Origin: Paramecium tetraurelia
Lineage: Eukaryota
Length of the DNA stretch: 64,000 nucleotides
Direction: 5' to 3'
Assembly (NCBI GenBank): GCA_000165425.1
Contig: CT868062.1
Location: forward strand, 62,001-126,000
Shown here one piece after another: positions 25,101-39,432 of the stretch (its first letter is position 1; each line of letters begins with the position of its first letter). The notes under the pieces were generated by a model. The model was not told the DNA's origin. It made no database searches and saw only the letters and a list, made by a program, of their open reading frames with translations. Made by a program: the position numbers and the translations under genes.

Positions 25101-26760
25101 TGTGAATCATCTCCATTGTTATATATCAAGTTTGGTCCAGCTGCCAATTCCTACACGAAGATGGGATCTGAAGGATATTACATTACTTATGGGAATGGAT
25201 CATGATCAACTGGATAAATAGTTGTGTCACCTTCTTTAATTATTTGATATTTGAGTGATGCTGAACATTTCTTGTCTGTTGCAGTTGCTGAAAATTCAAC
25301 TTCATTATCTCCAAGTGTAGCATCATAAGAGTGAACTGCTAATCTTGCATATCCCACTTCGTATCTGTAAGCAAATGAATTTGTGATAGCTATGAGATCT
25401 GGCTCATATGGATTTGCCAAGTATATTTTAGTGAGCAAAACTTCTGTATGAATTAAGTATTGATGATCTGAATTATAAATGTAGAAAGTATTTCCTCCTG
25501 GATTGACTATCAAGAATTGTTGACTTGCAAATATGAATGCAGGATGTTTAGCATCAAATGCATCCAACCACCCTCCTGTTTGTTATCCATCAATATATTC
25601 TACAACTGATTTCTGATGAACTACAGCAATGTGAACATGATTATTGCCCTCTAAGTCAATCTTATTATTGACGTCAAATGCATAAGCTAAATCTGCTCCG
25701 ATTTCAATCTTTCTCTTGAATTTGAACTCAGATCTTGAAGTGACAAAATAAATGTAAATACCATTCTAGGCATCCAACACATAAATATCACCATTAGGCA
25801 TTATTTTAAAATCTATCATCTTGAATTTAAAGTTCTCCTAATCCTCTGCTTTTATCTGTAAATCCTTTATCAATAGATTTCTATCCAGAATCTGATTAGT
25901 TTCTACAAATTCATTCTAATCGTTATTTGTTAGCAACTCTATCATGCAATCACCATCAAGGTTAGTTATGCTACTGCCAGGAGTACCATAAGCATATTGA
26001 CCTCTCAATAAGATCCTAAGAGGCACTTCGTCAGAAACACCACCCTCACCAATATTTTGAGCATTGTAAACATGATACTATACCTTTCTATCGTTAACAG
26101 TTTTATATTTTCTAGAGTTCCAATGATAAGATGTGATGACGGGAGGATCACCCTTTTTAACAATATATATGTAATTCTTGCCTAAATTGGTATCGTCACC
26201 ACGCTCGATGCAATCAACTAAAAATGTGTTCCTATCAATATACTCAAGATCCAAACATTTCATAAGAGGGTTGTTTTATAAGAAGTTAAGTTCATTTGAA
26301 AATTAAGGAGCTAAATTCATCTAGATTTATTTTCTATAATGAGATAATTTCATTACCCCTCTGAATAATATATCCACCAAGTGTCGTCTGAAGAATCTTG
26401 ACCCATAAAGGCAAAATCGTTTGTCCAAGCACCAGTTTCAGGAATATCAAAGGCTCGAATAGCGATCATTTCGATGTGAGCTAAAAGTATTAATAATCTA
26501 ATTACGAGCCAAATGGTTTGCCTCGCTGATCCTATGTAAAGGCTATTCAAGTTGGAACAGACTAGTAGGAGAGTCCAATTGATAAATCAAATTATCACCT
26601 TGAATAAAATTTCTGATTTCCCACTTGTAATATTCCTTTACAGTGGGATAGACGTGATCTTATTATTAGATTATATCTAAAATACAAACGAATACATACT
26701 GCAAGTAGATAGAACCATCACTGGCATCAATGCCAATAAGTACATATGCACTAATATCAT
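22143..26760 (-). CDS. About 1500-aa type-I membrane protein with beta-rich ectodomain (family member 3 of 5)
   Basis: Signal peptide MILVHMYLLALMPVMVLSTC. Introns 26677-26699, 26481-26505, 22540-22561 and 22279-22306. Pro-rich linker PPGPDPPGPEP, TM WWWITLIVIFGVAILGVGGYFIY, tail TKFFQNRKTALQVQAY. Confidence 0.9.
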
Positions 26761-27740
26761 AAAATAATAATTAATGAACAATATGTTTAATTTTTCTATA
26801 TATAATGTGACATCAGAGACTCATCTTGCAATATTAATTTTTTATAATTTCAACTATGGCTTCAAAAATCACTTCTTTGATCATTAATGCCCTTGCCTCC
26901 CAAGACTAGTGAACCTGTCTAACATACAATTTCAGCTATCTATATACTAACTTTCATAATAAGAAACCTTTTTACATAATTAAGTGCTTCATTATGTATC
27001 TATCGATAAGGTCATAGCTTCTTGTGTTTTAACAGAAATATAGTATTTTTCAGTAGCCAGATTTTCTTATGCAGCAAGTATCTATGAGAACCATAAATTT
27101 ATTATTTGAATCCAAATTGTCTTATTTATATCTTTCTTTTAGTGAATTAAATTAATAGTTGATTTCACTCATTCTCATCACTTAATATACTTTTTCATGT
27201 ACTTCAGATAGAATAAATCTGAAGACCATTAAAAATAAAATATTTATTGGAAGTAATAAATGATGTATTTAAGTGAAATTATGATTATGTACATAAAGTT
27301 ATATATTTTATATTATCTATTATTTGGTTTCTTGAAAGATCCTTAATTTTTTAGTTATTGTTAATATATTACTAATGTCCTTAATCCAATGCCATTTTCC
27401 CAATTTCCAATAATCTTATTTAAAATTTCTTAAAATAAATACTTATATTTCAAAGACATCTTTTTAAATCTATAATTACTCTTATATCATATCTTTTATT
27501 GTTCGAGCTTAGCCTTAATAGAGAATTTGGTATAATGCAGTTTGTTTAAATCCTAAACTTCAATCTATCTACTTAGATTAAAACTCTTGTTTTTAAAATA
27601 ATAATATAGAAACACCATCTAGACAAGAGACTTTTATTAATTCAATTAACTATTAATAAACTTTAATCGAAGCTGGGGTCAACAAAAATGATGAAAAAGA
27701 ATTGAGTAATCTTCAAATGTTTTAGAATTAATAATTAATA

Positions 27741-30700
27741 ATGTTATTATTAATTTCTATATTCCTTAGACACTTAGATGCGTGCAGTAATAAATTATAA
27801 TTATTTTAGATATATTGAAAAACGATTTGGAAATCAGTATTTCTACATATGAAAATATGTATTGGGAGATAAAGGATGAATTAATTGAGGGGGAGTTGAC
27901 AAAGTTCAGATTGGAGGGAGATTAGAATGGGACGTACTTTAAATTGTAATAGCCGAACGATATTTATGATTAGAAACCTTTTCCTTATTGTATGAAATTA
28001 AAGCATAGTTGTAGAGATTTAAGAAATAATTAAGGCGAGATCATATAGAAAAGGAGAGTTTTGGATGAATGAGTATAGTTTACTGGGATAAGACTCCTAG
28101 GGATTTCATATATACATAATATAGGATGAGAAGTTTGGACAATTGTCACTTCACCATCCTTGTTCGGATTTTGATTATTTGGATGAAAATAATTTTGTGG
28201 TTGCCTGTCATGATAATCAAAATTTGATAATAGAGATCATAAATAAAAATGGTACGACTCTCCATGCTTATTCCAAATTTATTTAATAGAAGAGTAGAAT
28301 TAATTTGGCAATTTATAAAACTACAATTCCATATCTGTTGATATACATTCCAGCATATGAAGAAGAAGTTGTAAGCATACAATCAACCATCAAAGTATTC
28401 ATTATTGATTCATTCTAAATATAAGAAACTCCCTACTACCTAGATAAACAAAAACTATCAGAGCTATTTCAGAATGAGCTGAAATATTTTTCTGTTATTG
28501 ATGTTAAAATTTATGCAAAAAAACTATTTGTTTTGGATTATAGACTGGGGCCAATTTCATTAGTATTGGATGGTAAAGGTAATTTCACAAATGCTAAATT
28601 GATGACTTCATCGTCCTACATAACAGAGTTTTACAGTTTTTCAATCAGAAATAACAATGAGATTATCGTATTAGGATTTGTACAGAAAAACCAAATGAGC
28701 ATGAGAGTTCTGAAAAATGGTCGATATGATGATGTTGTGAGAACATTTGAAAAAGAAGACTTTACTTTAGGTCTCTGTGGAGTTCAAATAACTCCTTAAT
28801 ATTACTTGATCAACTCTAATAAAGAACTCATGATTTTTGATGACAAGGAATTAGTAGATAAAATTTAAATTTATAAAGGAGTTTTCATTGCCAATCCAAG
28901 CTTTGACCTTTATGTATTTTTTCATTCAAATAAAGCAGAGTTTTATGAGATCAGTTCAGGCATATTGACAGTTCTAAAATAAATATAAAAATCAGATAAT
29001 TAGAAATATTTCAAACTATTTGAAAGCAAAAATGCTAATTGTTATGTAGATATAGTGTTATAGGTCTATGACAAATTGGATGCAAAAATACATACAAACT
29101 TTTAAACCAACTTTTATAAAAGTAGAATTGTGTATTATCCTCCATATCCATAAAAATATTACACATGGCCTAGGATTACCAATGGACCAAATCTTTAACA
29201 ATAGATAACTTTACTAAAAGATTAAAAGCACAAGATAGATATTAAATTTCTATCATTGTCCCCTTTAACAATAACAGGGATAAGCTAATTTGATTAGAAC
29301 AATGTGATATTCAGTCTTATCAATAACAATTAAGGTCTCAATCAATATTTAGTGTAAACTGAGAACCTGAGTGCTTTCATCTATGTCTGCGAATTGAATG
29401 AATTGGAACAGAAGTGCTCATAAAAGAGCACATTCTTCCCACTAATTAAATTGGTCGAAGATAACATTAAATGGACAGAAGTAGGGATGCACGACTCCTA
29501 TATAGGCATTAAGACTTAGAATAACCATGTGGTCACAATATATAAACTTGGAGATTCGAAAATTGTTCAGATATTTCAAATCAAGACTTCATTGCAAGAC
29601 GAGAGAACCCAAATCACTGATTTTGCAATAAATGCAAATTTTGTATTTGTGCTCATCACTGGGATGGACGAGATACAGATCTATTCTCTATCTTTGAAAC
29701 AATAGATTGACACTATATCAAATCTAAGTAATGCTTAGAAGGTCTATGTCAGTAATACCTTCAATAAGAATCTATTATTCATCAAGTGTAATAACATAAT
29801 CATAATTGGACATTACGTAAATGAATTCAACTTCATCTCTCAAATCCAAGTGACAGATCAACAGAATGTTCAACTTCTATTGTCCATCTTCAGATCCACA
29901 CTTGTGATTGTGTACAAGACAGTCACTGAATAAGGTATTTTGCAATATTTGATTCACAATTTGAATTCAGTAACACTCTTACGGAGGTTGCCCTTGTACT
30001 ACTATTAATTGCCTCAAAAACTCTAATTGGCTTCCAATCCGTTGAAGAATTTGATCATGGTTACTGCATATTCAGTGTACACATAGACGACTGTAATATT
30101 GGTTTACTAAATAAATGAATATTAGAGGAATTCACTATTGACAGTTATTGACACATTCGACTATTTTGAGAGTGAATTAAATTATTGCGTTGCTGGGATG
30201 GACGATACGGTCATTTAGTTCATTTATAAGGGGAATGTGTATAGCTACTTGTATTTTAAATAGCCAAGAATCTACTTCAATTAAGTGACTGATCCTAGTC
30301 ACTTTTAAACGACTTTGAAGTTATAGTAACAGGAATGGAATGATTATTATAATTTAAGGAGGGAATACAATAAGGATATTACATTGGTGGATATGCAATT
30401 GGAAATGGAGTGGGTGAAGACTAATATTAATTTGAGGTTCGAGGAATGCGAGAAGGTCCAGTCTATTCAAATAGACAACAATTGGATTCAGGGATAGAGA
30501 ATTTAGTATAAATTATCGTGTATTTTGTGTACAACTGACAATGACGGAGGTTAAATTTATTTGTTGAATCAATTTTAAAAATCCAATAGGTAAATACAAA
30601 CCAAGTCAATATAGGAAATAATGAAGTTTGATCAAAATTATGTGTTAATTTTATCTGAATTGACAGGTACAAAATAATATCTGCAATTTGTTGATAATTC

Positions 30701-31946
30701 TGGAGATATTGCAAATGAAATTGAATTGCAAAGTGAATAACAAGGTTACGTAGCCAGCAAGTTGTTTTTATTGACTAAGCAGATTCTAGTTGTTTTGTAT
30801 GAAAATAAAATAGAAAGACAGACTGAATTATGGTATTATTATTGTTGGGAAGAATAAGAACGATAGGATTGTAAAGTCATGGGGAAAATGGAATTCCAGT
30901 AAAGAAAGATAATAACAGAAATGCGCTATTTCAATAATGTGCAAATTATACTTACAGAAGGTTAGACAGAACATCCTTCTATTTATTTTTACTCCTTGGA
31001 ATTGGATGACAAACTGTTTGCTGTTCAATAATTTAAATTGATAATCAATAAGGACTATTTTCATGAAAACTTTAATGTGACATCATTTGATGTGATGAAA
31101 CTCACTGAAAATGAAGGTTGTTTGATTTTAGCTGAGTTCCGAATTGGTATCATAGCATTAAAAATGACTTTGACCAAGGAGGAGGTGAGTGTTTAACAGT
31201 ATCAATATATGTTATTGCCATTTATTCAACAGAAGTTGGTGGAGCCGTAGGAGAATAGATTGATTAAAGTGGAGATCTTCAAAGAAGGGAATAATAATTG
31301 TAACCTTATTTTGGTGGATGAAATCAATGAAAGTTATTAAATGAATTTGAATTATGAGAAGGGGGTGTTTAGGATATAAATTGTTTAAGTGTTTTAGAAA
31401 CTGGGGAATATAGTCAAGTTGCGATCGATTGGTGTGTTGGATCATTATCTAATTTAATTGTATAGATATGAGAATAAGAATTACTATTGTCTCTATGATA
31501 TTGAAGAGACTGAGGACTTAAGAAGTAATGCAGGGATATGTAAGGCAGGTCTGAAGCAGGTCGGATATGATGGGAGATTTTCATATAATTTTGTCGTTAG
31601 AAAGAATCAAATTGGGAAATATCAATTGCTAATAAGTACTTATGAGGATAGGATCTTGCAATTGTACACAATTGATTCAGCAGCGAGGATAGTGGTGAGG
31701 AATTCGGAGGAGCTTAGAAATTATACGGTAAACTTAATAGCTGTGAATCCATATAAATAAGTGTAAATGGCAATTAATATAACTTTGTAATCATGTCCGA
31801 TAGCTGATTAAGATATGACATTATTTTTTATATTGCTGATAGTAGTTTTGGGAATACTGTTGGTTGGGATAATCGTCTGTGTAGCAATCCATATTTGTAT
31901 AAATAAGCACCGCAAGAGGAGACGATCGTATAAGGCCATTTAATGA
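27741..31946 (+). CDS. About 1380-aa type-I membrane protein (family member 4 of 5)
   Basis: Signal peptide MLLLISIFLRHLDAC. Introns 27787-27809 and 27990-28014. Family motifs W.NEY..LGQD, TNGPNL, WIQG..Y..SCILC and LIAVNPY. TM LFFILLIVVLGILLVGIIVCVAI, tail KHRKRRRSYKAIQ. Confidence 0.85.
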
Positions 31947-31975
31947 TTTGCTCTTAAATATATTATTATAATTCG

Positions 31976-34900
31976 ATGACATAATTAATTTGCGTCACGA
32001 TTTTGTCGGCTGTTTTTGCTCTTCTTGGGAAGGCATCTGAATGCGGTAATGATCTATGCTATGTTAAGAATCTTTAGTACAAGAGTTTACAATTATTGGG
32101 ACAGTGAACGAGTCATTATCTTGGGACATGCGAAAAAACTTTTTCAGGGGAAGTGACTTGTAATTCAATATATCTTTGGGGGGTATGGGCTATGTGAGAA
32201 CAACTGAGCCCATCTAGTAAATGGGATTCGGTACTAACCATGGAGATGAAGGTATTTGAAATATTATATTATTCTTCAGATATTGGTACGATCCTCACTC
32301 TAAAGCCTCGAGTTAACTAGGAAACAAGAGCTTGGATGAATGATTTCATATTCTTGGAATAAAATGAAACAGATGTGGACATTCATTATTCACTCAAGTA
32401 ATTATTCATATCATCGGTAGTGATCCCATGAACACTCAGTAAACACCTTATTTCTCTGATTTCATCACTGTCCACAAGAGTGATTCCTTGGTTTGCTTTG
32501 ACGCTGACTTTGTCACTGAAACCACCATCATTGTGGATTGCACAACAGCATTGGCTGGTATAGCTAATGGGTTCATTTTTGTTGATCTCAAGACTGGGGA
32601 GAAGCATATACAAAACAACGACAATCCTCATAATTACAATAAAACAAAAGCCAGGAAGATTGCCACTCTCAATTATACAGCCAAGAGTTCAGAATATGAT
32701 CAGGTTGCAGCACCAGCTCAATCATTTTTATTTAGAGGAGAACCTGCTTGGGCAACAGAAAACAACACATAAGATAAATTGGATACAGATTGTGAACTTG
32801 AAGTCTTCTTGTTGAATCCAAAATCTGAAGAAGATTAAAAGTATGTGGCTATGTTGAATACTACAATATTGAAAACTTTATTACCTGAACCAGTTGATAA
32901 ATTCTCTCTAATTGATTTCCAAGTTGAACCAAATGGAGAATTATATGTTTTAGATGCCTTTAATGGTGTATATGTGTTAAAATTGACAAATGCTAATTAA
33001 TTTCAATTAAGACAACATTTTGAGAATCCTTCTAAAGAATAGATCTATGCTTTTGATTTCAATTATCTTAGTAATCCAGATGGATCTTACACTCAACATT
33101 TGGTTTTAGCTTATAAAAATAAGGTAGTTGTTTATGAAAACTTCAATCAAAAATTTACATTCTAATTGCCTCATCCAGCAGTGTATGGAGAATTGAGATT
33201 GTCGATGAGTTAACAGTTTTTGGTGATCGTCTAAAAATAAGGAACATACTTATATCACATTGAGGAGACTATGTTACTTTTTAAGAATGAAGACTATTTC
33301 GAATAAGTTCTAGTAAATCCCTATTACCCTGATATGGTGGGAATCAATCAACAAAGGGCCTATAGATATGAACTCAGTAAGGGATATTTGACAATGTATT
33401 CCAAGAAGGAGCCTACTCCAACCCAAGTTCAATTCAATCTTAATTCATGGCCACAAAACGGTGGTAAGATGTGTTCAGTCCTCATGAAATTAACAATCCT
33501 GCCTGAGAACGACACTAACATCTACAGAACATCAAACGATCCTTTCCCAGATGAAATGGTGTACCCCTCAAAATCAATAGTGGTCGACTTATTAGCATCA
33601 GGACCCAGCTTGATGTATAAACAATTGGCCAACAACTCACATGTGGACTTGACTTTGGACTCTATGTGGGAAGTGTTTGTGAAAGGAGTCGATCTACCAG
33701 AAGCTAAAGACGTAGTCTATGCTGACTTATTGGTCTTGGATCGAGGAGACAGAGTTTATTTCCTCTTTTAGACTCCAGATCAAAATTGCACCATGATTAG
33801 ATGTATCAACCAGGACATTAAGAATACAACTCTTTAGAAATGTGGCAAGATAGACGAGTTCCATGTTCCCTTTATTTTAAATAAAACCAAGAATTCCTTT
33901 ACTTGGTGGTAAAACTTCAATATGGTCACTTACGTATACTAGGAAACTGATTTCGTAATCAAAGTGTTCACTAGTACTGGATAAAGCTCATAAACTGGTG
34001 AGATAGCCTTTGATGCCAAGGATTAAGGCAACAAGATTAACTCATTTGTGTATCTTCAAAATGCAGTCTTTGTGGTGCAATCAGCTAAGTACTAAATAAG
34101 TGTTTGGACTGTCAGAGGGGATATCGTTGAAATATACAAGATCACTTAGGGTGTGTTAAGAGACTAAGGATATAATGGTACCTTCATTCCCAAGGCTGTC
34201 TTTGGTAACCCCAAGATCAGGGGATAGGTCGTCTTCATCTAAACATAGGAGGAGATCTTGATAGGAGAATTTGCAAATGGAAACGATATTCATGTGTTCC
34301 ATCTGATGGAAATAATTCCCATTATCCCTAAATCTGAAGTCAGTATTGCTATTGGTCCACTTACATTTACTATTGTCCAGAAAACTGCTAGTGAATAGAT
34401 TCTTGAAGAATACAATTGGGAACATCTTCAATTAATCTCCTTAAATAAGCGTCTGCCACTTTATCAGTATTAATTACAAGAACCCCTAAATATTGACTAT
34501 TGTTCTTAATCTGGATGGCTGTTTGTTAGAGCTATTGACACCAAGATCTAGGAAACTGTAATCCTAGTCTATGAACCCAATGTGCTGTCTCATGTTTCAT
34601 TACACAAAGTCATCAAAACTGGATACAAGATCAATGATGTATTTGACATGGCAGTGGATGGGGATAAGCAAATGTTCATCTACTTCAATGATAACAAAGT
34701 TAATAAATTCGTCACTCTTCTGTAAGATGCTGTTCTCACTATCTTACCCAAAGAAGAAGTCCTCCAGTATGTAAACAAACTTGAAACAAGCGTTGAGATT
34801 AGCAGTGCTCTAGGTGGAACAGCTATTGTGATTAATGAAAAGATTAAACTCATGAATACAGATTCAAAAATAGTGGTCAAATAAAGTTCACTTGATAAAT

Positions 34901-36510
34901 ACAGGTACATGTTCTAATTTAAGAAAAATGACAATGACCAAATTCTGGATCTCAAGTCTGATTGGTATGTTGGATAGCCTTATGATCTTTTCATCTTATG
35001 TGATTAATGTGGGGATCAAATAGTTATTTAACCATAGATTGTCAAGAGCTCTAGTGGAACTGACATGAAATATGTCATCTACGATGGAACTCAATTTGAT
35101 AGTGACACCCTAGTTTATCAAGCAGATAAGTCTTTAATATTCCAACACAAAAATGGTTCATTTTTGAATAGGATCAGTTTAGATTAATCTCTTGGGTAAG
35201 ATCAGAGATGCGAATTGTTGACTGTCACTAAAGATAGTAAGCATATCATAAGCACAGTTATTGGGACTGGAGATGTTTCAGTTTTAGTCAATGAATGCAC
35301 TGGAACTAAATGCAAATAATTTGAATAAGGAGAAGTCCAATTGGCTGGAGTGACTCAGGCTATCAAAATGAGATTTGTATTTGGACGAAATTTCATTGTT
35401 CTTAACACTGATCCTGTTAGTTATTCTAAATTTGAAAGCAGCATCATAGTCTACTCATTCAACACCACTGGCACAACCTTCACTATTCTTTCACAGAAAG
35501 TAATCAACACCAAATATCTGGGTCCAACATCTCAAGTCTAAATTGCTGATTTCTGTCATCTTACTGTTAGTGAGTCAATCTATGCCATCTTGCTTACAGA
35601 TATTACTCGAGGAGTATGGATTGTTAATCTTGGATCCAATGTCGATGGATCAGTAACTGAACTCAACAAAGAATTAATTAATCTTAAAGGGTATGAACAT
35701 GAGCAGTACTACCTCAAGGATGACACACATTTCCATCAACTCAAAATCTTGTCTTAAGAACAATCTGATAAAATATTTAAGATTTAATTACTAGTTACAA
35801 CATCCAATGTTGCCAATTACATATTCTATTTTGAATTGGAAATATCATCCAAAACTGGAGCTTCCTACATTAAACAATCCCTGAAATTGCAACAAGTTCT
35901 ATTCAATTACGGAGACTGGAAATCAGCCAACAAGATGTCCTTTGCAGCCAATCATGTCAGTGTTGCCTATACCGATGGCAATGAAGTTGTCTTGGCTGTC
36001 TACTACATCGAAGTTAAAAAACTTGATGAAGTCAAATCTGTCCCTTTCATCTACGGCATCAGAGCTGATTACAACTCACCATTACCTGCTGATTTTGCTA
36101 TGATCGTGTCCTAATATTAGAATTAAGTAAGTATTACATCCTATTTTATAGACTTATCTCTACGCCAATATTGAATATGATAGTTAATTCTCTGAACATA
36201 CTGTCTTTAGGTATTCCATATATGATAATCCTAAATTAATCTTAAAAAACTGCAGCACTCTAAAGGAGCAATCTATGGAAATCTATGCTGCTAATCATTT
36301 CGGATCTTCATCTGGAAAAACTTATTTGTGGGATTCAGATAACGTACCTGATGATGACGACTCCAGCAGGTAATATACTATTCTAATACTAGTTCTAAAT
36401 GGTGGTGGATTACTTTGATCATTATTTTTGGAGTTGCCATCCTTGGAGTTGGTGGATTCTTTTTGTACAAGAAATTTGGAAAAAAAGGAGTTGAACCTTT
36501 ATTAGGTTGA
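31976..36510 (+). CDS. About 1480-aa type-I membrane protein (family member 5 of 5)
   Basis: Signal peptide MTQLICVTILSAVFALLGKASEC. Introns 32046-32068, 32252-32279, 36127-36151 and 36370-36392. TM WWWITLIIIFGVAILGVGGFFLY, tail KKFGKKGVEPLLG. Confidence 0.9.
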
Positions 36511-36794
36511 TAAATATTATTATTAAGTTAAATTTTATTTATTAATAATATTATTATAATTTGAGTATTTTTACCACTTTTCAAATTTGAACATTATAAT
36601 AGAATTACTTGATTCATAAGTAGTCTAATGAAGACTTATTAAAATAGGAACAATTATTAGACTAGGAAATTCTGACTCAATCTATAAGTATGGAAATTAA
36701 TTAAATAATAAATAATTGAATGTTAATTTTTTTGATTCAATTAAAGTTAAAGAATAAGTAATCGAAATAATGAATATATGTATATTTAGGTATA

Positions 36795-39432
36795 TCATTT
36801 TCTCGAACCACATTCCCCATATATGATTTATTTAGTTTACACTTCCTACTTTGTTTGCAGAACTTTTAAGTTGTCGTTTAAACTTACTTTAATCCCTTTT
36901 TATTTACTCTCTTTCGATTTAAAACAATATGATGCTTCTTCACATTCATTTATAAACGGAATGGGAAGTTTGAATAATCTAAAATAAAAGATTAAGTTCC
37001 AGAATTCAGTCGTCTTGCAAAATTCCTAATCAAAGACCCTTAGTTGATCTAATTAAAAGTGTAATTAATGAATATTCAGAATATCGAACTCTCCAACATC
37101 AAAAATTATCATCTTGGGAGTGAATTGATTACCACAACCCTTCTTTTTCGAACACTTGATTGTTTGACGTAAGTAAGTAGGCACAATCTTATGTAGTATT
37201 TCTTCTATTGAAATTTGTCTCTTGCAATAAGGGCACTCATTTATAAATAGGAATTATTTGTCATTCAAGTCGTCATATTGATGTAATTATACATGTTCCT
37301 ACGACTAGATAAAGTCTTCAATGGTTGGAATTTCTTTCCTTAAATATGTTGCTAGCTCTTAAAATTCTTTGCTATCTAACTAAAACATATGAATAATTTG
37401 CAACCAAATTCTGTAGACCTATGTTTGCAAGGCTGTTTATTTATTTCTAATGTAATAGTAGGGAGTAAGATAGGGGAAAAATTATTATTTGTTTTTGGAT
37501 TGAATTAATGAATTGTTGTTATCACTTATATTTATAGTTTTGATATCCGCAAAAATCCTGGTGTTATTATTTTCATTCACTTATTAGAAAGAGGCATTAA
37601 AATAGTTAATATATGAAGTTAATTATCGATTAGACTGATTATTGTCTATAAATGAACACAACAATTAGGTCCTTGAGAAGATTTCCCAAAATTAGCCTTT
37701 GATCGGATATTAGGATTATTTCTTCTTTTAAAATGCAATGCTCCAATTCTTTTATTTGATATCATAATCAAAAGCGTGGCTCAGTATTTTCAAATTAATT
37801 TTAAGAAAGATCCCCTTGATTAAATTTGCATTTGTTTCATTGATGTCTTACCTAGCAAAAGGTTCTAACTTCTTCTTTAATTTCTCGAAGAGAGGAAATT
37901 CAGGAGGAGGACATACATTATATGCAACATTGTAGTCCAAAATGAATTTATATCCTTCAGATTCACAAGCTGGTTAAGGGAGAGTTTCTGGTAAGCCTAC
38001 AATATATGGTTCTGGGGTTTCAATAATTTAGGAATTGTCGTAATTCAAATAGCATATCAACAATTTTTAGTATTATAATGGGTAGATAAAGGTCATCAAA
38101 GCTTCTATCACATAGCCAGGATTCAAGATTGAACTTGAACATAATCTAATTTTCCTCTCAGTTAAGACAGCAGTATACAATTATATTATATTATCCACAT
38201 TGATATTGTGCATAACATAATCAATTGATTTCAACTAGCATGTTGGATATCTGACATGCTTTTAAAATAGAAAGCATTAGTCATTTAATATCAATTTAAG
38301 GGAGATCTTTTCGAGAATTATAGAATACTTTAACTGTTAAATGACTCTTTCTATATGTTGCTATAATGATTTTTAGATGTTTACTTCAATTTATGAGTCA
38401 ATTCTTATGGAGTATAAGTAAGTAAGCAATTATGAAAATTGGTAAGTGAAGTTCTAATAACTTATGAGAGCCATGACCTTTGGAATAAAGAGATTGCTGT
38501 AATTCTCTAACTTGAGTTTCTAGGCTTACTTTTTGGTCAGTTGTTCATAATAGCGTAAGCAATATATGTAAATGAGATCGCCCTTTGGAGACTACATTAA
38601 TTGATAATAAGTAATCTAATTTTGATTCGGGTTCTCATTTTGGGTCTTTTGTAGAATCTGGATTCCCTCTGGAATGCAGTAATTACTAATCGAAGGATTG
38701 TCATTGAATAAATTTTGATAATGCTTCTGCTTTTGTGATTCCTTGTAACAAAATGGGTATAGGTCAAGTATTTCGGGAGTGTAGGCTTACTTTAATGGGG
38801 GTTTCTCTACGAATGTTTAATATAAAGATTGCTTACATCGAATTAATTATATTTGCTTTTTGCTAAACGAAAGGAATTGCACAGTGTCCTACAAATCATG
38901 GTTTGGATCATAGTCTTCCAAAACCAAGTTTATTATTGGAACATAATCTGTTTTTCTGGTGTAGCACAGCACATAACATTTATTCTACTCGGACAAATAG
39001 GGACTGATATCAAAGCGCTCTTGATCTTTGATTAGGCCCCAATCTGTGATTTGAACTGATTTCATTACATCAGCCTTCTTCATAATTGGGCATAAACTGT
39101 ATTTGTATTTAAATTAGATCTGACTTTCTCTAACCTCTACGTCAACGAATGTAATATTAGTTATTGGATCTTTGTTTGGTTCACTATAAATGCAGAGTAG
39201 GAATAATTTCTCATTTCCAAAGATATCTAATGATTCCTATAATATTGTGTTATGCTCATTATAGAGTGTCTAACATTTTGTTTCATGTAACTAAATTGAT
39301 GTCAAAAACCCTATTAAATATCCACTATGCATTACTTCTTTGATTTTTCATCATAGGAATCAATTTCTCTCCCATTCCAACTAAACAATAATTTAAAATC
39401 ATATTCTATGCATTTTCTAAATTTTGTTACAT
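36795..39432 (-). CDS. DENND4-like Rab guanine-nucleotide exchange factor (MABP-like, uDENN, cDENN, dDENN, Cys-rich C-terminus)
   Basis: AYTPEILDLYPF..YCIPEGI (uDENN), LFIPKVMALIS, LYTAVLTERKI..EALMTFIYP..ETPEPYIVGL (cDENN), FWEIFSRTQLLCSFID (dDENN), and FWNLIFYFRLFKLP as at the DENND4 C-terminus. Intron about 39311-39335. Confidence 0.85.

Noticed and set aside
38480..38820. Suspected frameshifts in the DENN gene
   Set aside because: Recounting the homopolymers shows a continuous frame (TFVEKPPLKQAY and AQKLKLENYSNLFIPK).
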